DNA from: Octopus bimaculoides
Lineage: Eukaryota
Length of the DNA: 64,000 nt
Assembly: GCF_001194135.2 (NCBI RefSeq)
Contig: NC_068986.1
Coordinates: 26,097,863 to 26,161,862, forward strand
Direction: 5' to 3'
The notes under the pieces are model-generated. The model had not been told where the DNA came from. It was given only the letters and a program-made list of their open reading frames with translations, and ran no database searches. Of this stretch, positions 53,539 through 64,000 are shown one piece after another. Position 1 is the stretch's first letter. Every line of letters begins with the position of its first letter. A program made the position numbers and the translations under genes.

Positions 53539-54649
53539 AACAACAAACAAGATGAGGACAAATATCCGTCAATTGTAAATAATGTACATAATTCCTCATC
53601 TCTTAAATATAGAACTGTAAAATCATTTCCTAGTTCTGCACTTGCAAATTCCTCTAAGGTTAAGATTTCCTTATTTGAAAAATAGATATGAGTTATGAGA
53701 TTATCTGGTTGTAACCTGTCTAACCCTTGCTAGCATGGAAAAACAGATGTTAAACGAACAAACAAAAAGTATCCATACAATAAGAATTATTATAACCATA
53801 ATTATATCAGGATCTGTGAAGTAATAATAATGGGGTATCCTCATCATTGTCGTTTTATACTTTAAGAAATAAAAGTGTTATTTTACCAAAACATAACAGC
53901 AGCCTGACTCACTGGCTTGAACCATTAAGTTAGTAAAATGTCATAAATTCATTATTATAATTAATATTCTCATGATTTACTATGAATTTAGAGTTGTATG
54001 ATTATGTCTCTTCTTACAAATGGTCTCAAGTTTACTTATATGTTAGCATTCTTAAATACAAACAAAATTATTTATATCAAATTTTGTTCTGGTTTCCCTA
54101 CACAAAAATTTTAATGGAATGTATGCTGAAAATCTTTATAATTCAAAAAGCTATGGCTCTTCTAAAACAATATCTAAAACATGTGATTTACAAAAGTTGT
54201 ATAGACACTACTAAATGGTTACATTAGATTTTGTGAATGCATGGTTATTACAAGCTTCATTTTAATTTGCTCAATAAGGTTAGCTCCATAAATAATGCAG
54301 TTCACTGGGTGTGTTGGAGAAAACTGAAAACTGCCTTTGAACAGAAAAATAAGACAATTTAGATTTGCACACTGATTCAAATAGTTATTTCCACTTTCCT
54401 AATAAACTTAACTATATAAACTGATTTGTAAATGAGCTGTGCTATTTCATCATGATAAAATTATCAGAAATGAAATAATGAGTAATTCTGTATTCTAACA
54501 TTGGAAAGACTTGCTTATAGCTTCAGTTGTGTTAAGATTATAAAAATACGAGTGCTCTCTTAAAAGTATGTTTTACAAATTGAAATAAATATTACACATT
54601 TTAAATGGGTCTTTCTTCCTATTACTTCAGATCTTATTTCCAGCAGTGA

Positions 54650-54790
54650 TGGGCATGGGCATAACTATGTGATTAAGAAGCTTGCTCTTTAACCACAGGG
54701 TTTCAGTTTCTGCTCTACTGCATGATATCCTGGGGTGACTGATGCCTCATGAATAAATTTTGGTAAATGAAAACTATGTGGAAAACTATT
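54650..54790 (+). mobile_element. SINE family A, degenerate 5' part
   Basis: Contains taagaagcttgct..aaccacaggg.ttca and aaattttggtaaatgaaaact. Confidence 0.6.
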
Positions 54791-56022
54791 GTGACTGTGT
54801 CTCTGCCTGCTGACAATTTAGCATCAATTTTATGTTTCAGTCTTCCATAGAATGCCCAGCTGCAGTTTGATGTGCTAAGTACCTGACTTGAAAAACAATT
54901 AAGGGTCATAGTCAGGGAGAGCTCCTGATTACATTATGCTACTTCAAGATATTTCAGCCAACCCATGCTAGCATGGAGAAAGCAGTTGTAAAAATATTAA
55001 TGATGATAATAGTTCATAACTTTAACCATGTTTTAGAAGACAAAAGTTACATGTAATTAATAATTGCCAAATAGATAATTAGAGCCATGAAAATAATACA
55101 TGAATTATTTACAAAAAAAAAAAAAAAAAAAGCTAAAAATTAATTAGATCAAAAGCAACCAGTTTTAATACCTATAATTATTGATAAAATGTACACTGCT
55201 AATTTGAATATGTTATAGAGAAGAAAATTTACTAACAGTGGTTTTACAACTGTAATTTGATGCAATTTTCTAAACAGTTCTTTGAACTTCAAGATTAGGA
55301 AAGATGTTTTGCTGCCAAGATTGTGTCGAAAGTTTATTGAAGTTTTCAGTTGAATACTTCTACTTTGACAAGGGGAAAATTAAATATGTACATAAAAACA
55401 AGATCATAATTTGTGAACATAAAATAAAATTCCAACCCAAGGGTAATAATTAAACATGATATATTATAATCAGTAATCACACTGGCTAGAAGAAAAAAAA
55501 AATATTTAATCACTTCACATTTCATAACACAATATATTTTATGTAAGATAGAACAATGCATATATTAAAACTTAATGCGATTCCTTCTTTCAGTAAATAA
55601 GCAAATAACTACATTATATTACTTTAACCTTGACTCACCATAGGGTTGATAAACTCCCATTCTCACTATACTCTTTTTACTAAAAGAGCAGAAAACAACC
55701 TTCTCTACTCTTGCAATTCTCTGTCATCTTAATGTGCTCCATATAAACTATAGTGACATAATTTCTTGACTTCAAACTAAACATTTCACTTCAGTCATTT
55801 TTCCTAATATTTGTTTTCTTTTCAACTACTCAACTGAAACAATTCAAACTCAATATCATCTCCAAAGTCTTCATCTAGTTAGAAGAGTTTATAGAAACAA
55901 ACAAAACATAGCCTTTGTATACTAATGAAAGAGACTATAATATTTAGTATCCATCATCACATGGTTTATTGAACCTTTAAAGTTGTGACAACAGGGCTGA
56001 AAACTACTAATGCCGAGTTTCT

Positions 56023-56137
56023 TATTTCTTTATTGTCCACAAGGGGCTAAACATAGAGGGGACAAACAAGGACAAACAAAGGGATTAAGTCGATTACATC
56101 GACCCCAGTGCGTAACTGGTACTTAATTTATCGACTC
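56023..56137 (-). mobile_element. 5'-truncated family B-related SINE with a 16-bp target-site duplication
   Basis: TSD copies are ctaatgccgagtttct (56007-56022) and ctaatgttgagtttct (56138-56153). The body has cgattacatcgaccccagtgcgtaactggtactt with CpGs intact. Confidence 0.8.
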
Positions 56138-56894
56138 CTAATGTTGAGTTTCTATCAAGACCAAAGAGTCACATTAGGTGATTTTTGTGAATCTGGAAAT
56201 GACCCACAAAATGGGTACTCACAGCATATTGAAATCATTTGAATACAATACTTTTAACTGTGCCAAATTCTCTGTTCTGGATTAAGTATCATTTACATTG
56301 AAGGTCTGAAGCATGATTGACCAAAATACACAAACTCATAAGCTACTTATAATTTTATTCTTGGTCCAAGTATCACTATTCTTAGTGCAGTTTCTATTCT
56401 TATCAAATGACTAAAAACTACATATATTTTTGCAATCTAGCTACATCCTGATGAATCATTAAAAAAAGTATTTCCCCATGATATTAACTTCCTCTTAGGT
56501 CTATTCTTCTTTTCATTTTTCAATATTCATCAATATATTCAACTTTGATCAACAATTAAATTCTAGTCAAAACAAAAAAATCCAATTTCCTCCATCCTGC
56601 CAGCACATTTTTAAAAATTTACTTCTTTTATAAAATAAAATATACATCAGCAAATACAACCTTGATAAATATTTAATCTATGGACAAAACATTTTCAGCA
56701 TAATAATTAAAAAACTTAATCAGCCAAAGGTAGAAAATAATGTTTAATTACTGTAAATAATTTTGCATTAGTAACATTAAAATAATGAAATTCACAACAC
56801 CTATAGGAAAAAAGTGCCATTAAGTTGGAAAGAAAAAAAAAATTTGAGACAATATTTTTTAATGAAAAATGATTTATTTTAAATGATATTTATA

Positions 56895-57270
56895 ATTGTT
56901 CCTAGCATAGGCACACGGTCTGAAATTTTGGGGAGAAAGTTAGTCAATATTATCAACCCCAGCACTTTCTTTATCGACTCCGAAAGAAATGTGACTTTTG
57001 CAGGATTTGAACTCAGAATGTCAATATTTGGAAGAAATACTATTGAGGCATTTTGTCTCACACTCCAGTGATTCTGGCAATCAATGTTAATAAACATAGA
57101 TGCAGGTATAACTGTGAATATGGAATTAACTACATTTCCATGTGGTTTTGACTTCTATCTCGTGGCATGGCACCTTGAACAAGTGTCTTCTACTACAGCC
57201 CCAAGTTGACCAATGTTTTGGTTGTGGAATTAGTAGAATTTGACAGAAACAGTATAGAAGCCTAATTTGT
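56895..57270. mobile_element. Family B SINE (minus, about 56895-57085) abutting a family A SINE (plus, about 57095-57270)
   Basis: Contains ggcacacgg.ctgaaattttggg and caggatttgaactcagaatg, followed by cgtggcatggcaccttgaacaagtgtcttctac. Confidence 0.65.
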
Positions 57271-59029
57271 GTGCATGTGTGTTGTGTAACTGTTTACATT
57301 GTCTTTGCATGAAACCTATGAAGCAAAAACGGTGACATGCTGCTGACATTCACTTCATTGCTCTAAACTTTTGAAGACAAGTGGAATAAAAACTTCCTCA
57401 CTTCAAAAATGGCAACAGTTAGTGACAGGAAAGACATCTGGCTGCAAAATAATGCTTAACCCTTGCTAGCATGGAAAAATGAACGAATAGGTGAATACAT
57501 AAAATGCATCACTATTTAATTTTCTCTAAACACATCTTGAAAATGTATCACATTTTATAGTTCCAAATCCATAAAGGTGCAAGCCTCACATGCTCAAAGA
57601 AACACATTTTTATTATTACATAAAATGTAGTTATTATGCAAATAATTATAATGTATTCATCATTACTTTCATATCTGATTTTAGACGCTGGAAACATTCT
57701 TTCATATATCTAATACTAGCATCATCAGAATGTTCATTACTGGATTAATTGGTGAATGCATCGAAACATCCAACTAGTGTTTCTCACTTCAGTAAGCTGC
57801 ATGAGAGAATTAACACAATATTTTTACAGCTGCATTCAATTTCTATTGTCAGCTAGAAGGACAATTTGACTCAGGTGTTTATAGTAACATCAGTAAAGTG
57901 GAATTTGCATATGTGCCAGCAATGTAAGAGCTTTACAAGTCCATTCTATGACACAGGTTCAATTCTTCTTCAAAACATTTCATTTTCATACTCCTTATGT
58001 CTACAACCCTCCTTCATAACTAATAGTTTTACCGAAGAATGAACTTCACAGTTTAACTTGCCTTCAAATGTGTAAATAGGACATTTAGATACGAAGACAC
58101 ATAAATTTTTCTCTTGCCATAACTCGAGTTAACCAATGCTTTGTGAGTGAAATTTGCTAGTTAGAAAGTCTGTGGAAGCCTGTTGTGCGTGCACACTCAT
58201 CCAAAGGTGCTAATTTGCATATCAAAAAATACCTTGTTATTTAAGAACTGAGTTGCATCCCTTTATGTCGAATGTAGCATTTCTAGTCATATATTTCACT
58301 TTCAATGTGAGTCATGTGGCCAGGTTATAAAGCATTCACACATTCTCACTCATTCTTAGAAAAAAAAAAAGAAAAATATAATAATGAAACAGCAACTGCT
58401 AAGTTTGGCAATCTTGGCTGTTGAAAAACATCATCCTATTATAAATATATCATCCCATGTTGAGAAAATAGTATTCAAAGTCTGGTAATTAAGATATTCA
58501 GTCTCTGTTTTTGACATTCAAAATAGTCTGATATTCCCTAATTGCTTAGTGCAGTTCATATTTTGGCACCTCAGTGTCAGATACATTAGTCTCCTTCAGT
58601 ATTCTTTTAGAAACCAATATTCACTAACCATATTACAAAAGTACAAACACAATTTTTCCACAGCTTTTGTATCTCCCAAAAATATCAAGAAAAAAAAAAA
58701 ATCTAGTTAAAAGCATTGGTCTCATTGGTCTGAGTACAGGTAAGGAATTTCCAGATAGTTTCTTCTGTAGAGCAGAGAGAGAGAGAAAGAATATCTGAGT
58801 CATGTACTTGTTACATGTACAACCTAGATGTTTCTTTTTTTTTTTTTTGGTGGGGTGGGGTGGGATTCAGTCTTAAAAGCTTGATATGGTACCACATGGG
58901 CATATGCTTTTAGTAAAGAACACATGTGTATGAGAAGGCTGATGTTTAGTAATATATGTTTGTTTTAAGTCTATATTCTACAATGAATAACTAAAGAAGG
59001 ATATAAGATTTCCTGCAGAATCATTATAG

Positions 59030-59190
59030 CATCAAACATTCAGTTCTTTACATTCTGATTTCAAATTCCTCCAAGGTCAATTTTGCCTTTTGTACTTTTG
59101 GAGTCAATAAAATAGAATACATATCAAGTATTAGAGCCAATATAATCATTTAATTCCCCTCCCCTCAAAATTGCTGGCCTTGTGTCTAAA
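59030..59190 (+). mobile_element. SINE family B, degenerate
   Basis: Contains cattctgatttcaaattcc..aaggtcaattttgcctttt and ccctcaaaattgctggccttgtg. Confidence 0.65.
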
Positions 59191-60462
59191 GCAGAAACTG
59201 TTATTTAAAAAAAAACTATTTTGACTATTTTTACGACTAATGTTACAGCTTACATTTTTTAAAAACTTAATTTTGCATTTTTTTCCCAATATTTTTATCA
59301 CAATCACAAAGATATTTATTTTAAAACCAGTTCATTAATGACAATCTTTTCAGAAAATATGGCTATTTAAAAAAAAGAATTATTGTGTAGCTGAAAACAA
59401 ACATAATAGGGTTGCTAACAGTAAAAAAAATTTTTTAATCACATAGTTTAAATAAAATAATTTAAAATTCTCTTTGGAATTAAATGATCATTTCTGAAAA
59501 AAAATGTATATAAAAATAGTATATACTATTAATTCACAATGTTATTAAAATATTTTTTTGAAATAAATATCTAATACTAAAAGACTGAATAAAGTTACCT
59601 TGCGATCAAACACACAGATAGAAAATAAAAATATCAAATAAAAAAGATGTAACAAATACATATATACTACGACTATTATCATCATCTGAAGCTCATTATA
59701 TCAAAAGTACATTGCACTTAAATGGAATGATATTAAACTGCATTGACTATCAAAATAGAAAAATAGCAGGCAATTTCATAAACTTCCTTAATATAGATAT
59801 AATACTGGTCACAACAAAGACTAATGTAATAAAAAATTACGAAACAAATTCTAAGCAAACAACTTCCAATTTCAATTTGAATATATGTAAAAATCCCTCA
59901 TTCTTATTTTACAGTTCAGTGACTGTTTGCATAAACCACTAGATACAGAACACTAAAAAAAAAATTTAGTTTAAAAAAAATACTTGGGGAAAGTGCATGG
60001 AACAGACATTGGTGTATTTTGACAAAATTATATGAATTATTTTATCAAACACATCCTTTTAATCTCAGTTACTAAACATGGCTCCAGACCTAGAAAATTT
60101 ATTTCATGGTTCAGCTACATAGATCTAACTGCAAAATAGTTCCGGATAGTGAGTGCTATACTACAATTTAAACACCACTCTCTCTAATTTGTTTGGAATA
60201 TTGGAGAAATTCCTCAAGAAAATGTTTTCGTTTGCATATTGTTTGATACATCAAGCAAGGGTAACTTAAAAATATAAGCCACTTGAAGAAGTAGGAGCGG
60301 GATTGAATTGTGTATGGCAAAGTTTTCACTCCAATTTATGAATATATCATCTTTAACTCTTAACTTCTACAAGACAATATGGCATGGGATTTCATTGGTG
60401 AGCCAGTCCTGAAATGCATGATATTTACATTAATTTTGAAAGAAACGAGAAATTCTCTAATG

Positions 60463-60545
60463 CAGTAGTTCCCAACCTGGGGCCTGCAGACCACCATTGG
60501 TCCACAAAGGTAGTACTGGGGGTCTGTGAACTAAATTCAAAATTT
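60463..60545 (+). mobile_element. Left end of a hAT-like element running into (TA)n and a gap
   Basis: Starts with a CAGTAGTTCCCAACCTGGGG terminus. A related end occurs in reverse at about 20090-20140. Confidence 0.45.
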
Positions 60546-60546
60546 C

Positions 60547-60595
<49 letters not shown>

Positions 60596-62939
60596 NNNNN
60601 NNNNNNNNNNNNNNNNNNNNNNNNNNNNNNNNNNNNNNNNNNNNNNNNNNNNNNNNNNNNNNNNNNNNNNNNNNNNNNNNNNNNNNNNNNNNNNNNNNNN
60701 NNNNNNNNNNNNNNNNNNNNNNNNNNNNNNNNNNNNNNNNNNNNNNNNNNNNNNNNNNNNNNNNNNNNNNNNNNNNNNNNNNNNNNNNNNNNNNNNNNNN
60801 NNNNNNNNNNNNNNNNNNNNNNNNNNNNNNNNNNNNNNNNNNNNNNNNNNNNNNNNNNNNNNNNNNNNNNNNNNNNNNNNNNNNNNNNNNNNNNNNNNNN
60901 NNNNNNNNNNNNNNNNNNNNNNNNNNNNNNNNNNNNNNNNNNNNNNNNNNNNNNNNNNNNNNNNNNNNNNNNNNNNNNNNNNNNNNNNNNNNNNNNNNNN
61001 NNNNNNNNNNNNNNNNNNNNNNNNNNNNNNNNNNNNNNNNNNNNNNNNNNNNNNNNNNNNNNNNNNNNNNNNNNNNNNNNNNNNNNNNNNNNNNNNNNNN
61101 NTGGTCGACGTTATTTTTCAAAATGTACCTTAATCCCCTGAGATTGCAGATAATATTTCTGAATCTCTTTGATTCTTTAGATGTGCTGGTCTCCTGATAA
61201 TTAATCGATATTAATTAATATATGACTAATTACCAGATTTTATAATAATATATATATATATATATATATAAGGATAAGCATATCAAAAGATAAGCATATC
61301 CCAAGATAAGATTAAAAGATGACAAATATGTCAGTTACTAGAAAAATATTCACTTTGCTGATATGGTTGTTTGTATAATCTACCTGAAGGTCCAGGGCCA
61401 CTGAGAGAGATTTTATGTGGTCACTCAGCCTGCTAAGAGTATGCTAAATCTCCCTAAATTACATATAACTATTTTGAAGTAAGAAGGATACACTGACAAT
61501 GTGGAAATAACAACCAAAGCTCCCTCAAAACACACCCTGCTATTTTTAAATAAAGAGGAATACAAAACAAAAACAGATTGATCACAGCTGGAACATTTTT
61601 ATCTATTTGTGGATAATGGAAAATTATTCCTTTATATTTAGGAGAAAAACTAATGCAATAGTTTATCTTATATATCACATATACACATACACAGGTGTAT
61701 ACATGTGTATATGATTCATTTAAATAACTATAAGATTACACATACATATTCTTAACCCAAACAAGCAACTTCAAATAACTGCTGTATATTCATATGTGCA
61801 CATTTATTAACATACAGGCACATACAAATCTATGTGTGTACTTTAATATACACCTACTACACACACAATGTAAGTTAGTGTGTGAATGTGCTTGCACATA
61901 TTTTTTTGCCATTAAAATCTAGAACATTATGGTCATATGTTCTAAACAACATCAACTAAAAAAAATATATATATATATAAAGGAAAGCTTCAGATTGTTG
62001 TGGTACTCCCCCTTTGCCCAGTTAAACTTATATAATTCTGAAAGCACAAGTCAAATCAATACACAAGATTAGAAAAAATTGTGATAGATAGATAGTAGTA
62101 TTTTTACCTATACTACTAATTTACAAAGGATATAGTTAAAGAATCCTGAGGTTCAAACAGCATTTGTTAGAATTAAAATAAATAAATTATTGCAAAACAT
62201 TTCATATAGAATGATATATTAATCCAGTTTATTCAAACTGTTTTTCAATTATAGTATTTCTAAAACATATAGCTTAATCCAAGGAAATTCTGGTTTATCT
62301 TATTTTAGATTATCTAGTTTGTTTTATTTATATTTTCTCAATGTGATGAGACTACTTTGGGCCAGTGTTTTAACTTTTCAAAATCTAGCAATAAGTAGTA
62401 AACCAAAGTGCCAGTATTGACATCTTGGCAGAATGAACTTGATCTTATGTCTAAAACACTGTTGGCTAAATCAATAGCAAAAAAATACAAAAATGAGGGG
62501 AAACTAGGATGATCAGAAAAACAAAAATGAAGTAGGTGGTGGGGACAAACAAATAAAAACTGATTAGGTATAATGAAATACACATGAAATATAATAGTAG
62601 CAAAATCTTTTTTCTTTTTTTATATGGTCAGGTATCTGTATTTTGAAAAACAAAAGCGCATAAGTAAAACAAGACAGAAATGAAACAAAAAGTAAGAAGT
62701 ATCTCAAAATAATATTATTAAGTTGTAAAGTTATGGTTCAGTTGAAGAGCAAACATATCTTGAAATGTCTTAAAAATATATATACTACTGTATTGTTTTA
62801 ATTAATTTACAATGTTATAAAATATCTTCTATTTGTTTAACTGAATTCAGATTTGATCCCTATTACTCAGTGGTTAAAAATAATTTCACCTAGGCAGGAA
62901 AAAATTATTATAAATACCAGAATATGAAAATTCAATTAA

Positions 62940-63140
62940 TCCTCCAGCATTCTGATTACTCCTTCAAATGAAATGCTAATTTATTTACATTGTTGCATTA
63001 TTTCATAGCTTTGAAATTTTGATGATGTGACATTTTATTTTTAGAATGACATTAGGATAGGTGTGCTAGGTTGGGTCAGGTTAATTTGAACATAGGTAGA
63101 CTATTTAGGCTAGGTATAGCCAGTTTAAATGTTAAGGGGG
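62940..63140. mobile_element. piggyBac-like MITE with TTAA target-site duplication
   Basis: TTAA at 62936-62939 and 63141-63144. The termini tcctccagcatt and aatgttaaggggg are imperfect inverted repeats. Confidence 0.7.
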
Positions 63141-64000
63141 TTAAATGATTGAGGCAGGGCTCGAGCGTGCTAAAGCTATTATGTTGTGTTCTAAGGTATG
63201 ATACATTACTATTTATCTTGGTCTACCTGGCTGGCAACACTTCCATTTTACAGTAGTAGGAAGGCTATAGTAAACAAAAGCTATCATTCTATACTAAACC
63301 AGAGAGGAGAGAAGGCTTTTATAGTTTTTTTTGGTTTTTTTTTTTGTAAAATAGTGGATATCAATACCACAGTACAAAACAGAACTATCAATGACAAAAT
63401 GATCAAAGCTAAAAACAATCTGAGCAGTAATTAAACAGAATTATAAGGCAATAAACAGAATCTCATAAGACATCAAGTCTTTTTCTGCTCTTATTAATGT
63501 CACTGCCATGTAGAGTATAACAATGTAATGCAATGGATAATGACAAAAGATTACCCATTTGTAAACTGAAAAGGTGAGTAAAACAAGAAACTAATGAATG
63601 GTATACCTAAATGATAGGGAGCTTAAAAAACTGCAAACTTTAAAGAAGTGTTATTAAAAGTTGTTGGTCATGATACATTTTTAAGCTGTGATTTACTTAA
63701 GGGTTTAGGGTTGCAAGCTGCATGCTTCAGTGTCAATGAAAATGTATAAAAGTCAGAAAAATATTTTATCTTGTCAGTAAAAAGTTATTGCAGCCTTTGA
63801 AAATTGGAGCTACATTTTAAGCAATGCATAGTTTATGGGATAAATATCTATTTTATAAATATCTAAACTGTACTGTGATTTAAGATTTCTCAATAAAAGC
63901 TATTTGCTTTAAAAGCATCTTTACTTCATGCAAGAAAATTCCTACAAATATACAATTACTTTATAACATTTTTTTTTGATGATTAAATTGCTGCTTAAAT

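Larger units (their letters stand above)
52960..53619. mobile_element. Palindromic element: two head-to-head halves, each a tRNA-like head + short trinucleotide tract + Penelope-like tail containing a hammerhead motif
   Basis: The left arm (52960-53215) is the near reverse complement of the right arm (53216-53586), apart from an insertion at 53294-53433. The centre is tgcccatggaca. The right arm extends about 33 bp beyond the left. Confidence 0.85.

Noticed and set aside
57640-58130. Coding-like composition on the minus strand
   Set aside because: Multiple stops in the frames translated and no recognisable motif.
51678-64000. Upstream APBA PTB exon (expected to end ..EAVSRIK)
   Set aside because: Not found. 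It lies beyond the window end or inside the gap at 60596-61101.

Overview
AT-rich, microsatellite-dense animal genomic DNA with six N gaps. The repeat landscape suggests a coleoid cephalopod, probably Octopus (inference). The whole window appears to lie inside one minus-strand gene of the X11/Mint/APBA (LIN-10) neuronal adaptor family. Three phase-0 GT-AG exons (51591-51677, 49265-49429, 10375-10557) splice in frame to give the C-terminal part of the PTB domain and the linker to PDZ1. The last two are separated by a 38.7-kb intron. The neighbouring upstream PTB exon and downstream PDZ1 exon were not found. The introns hold tRNA-derived SINEs, RTE-type tails, Tc1/mariner-, piggyBac- and hAT-like MITEs, a decayed pogo-like transposase and a decayed RTE endonuclease. 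The most striking structure is a palindromic element at about 52960-53619. It has two head-to-head tRNA-like Pol III heads, each followed by a Penelope-type minimal hammerhead ribozyme motif. A perfect 125-bp hairpin built from a 152-bp unit lies at 1089-1730. Boundaries of degenerate repeats are approximate, and all family assignments were made by eye without database searches.
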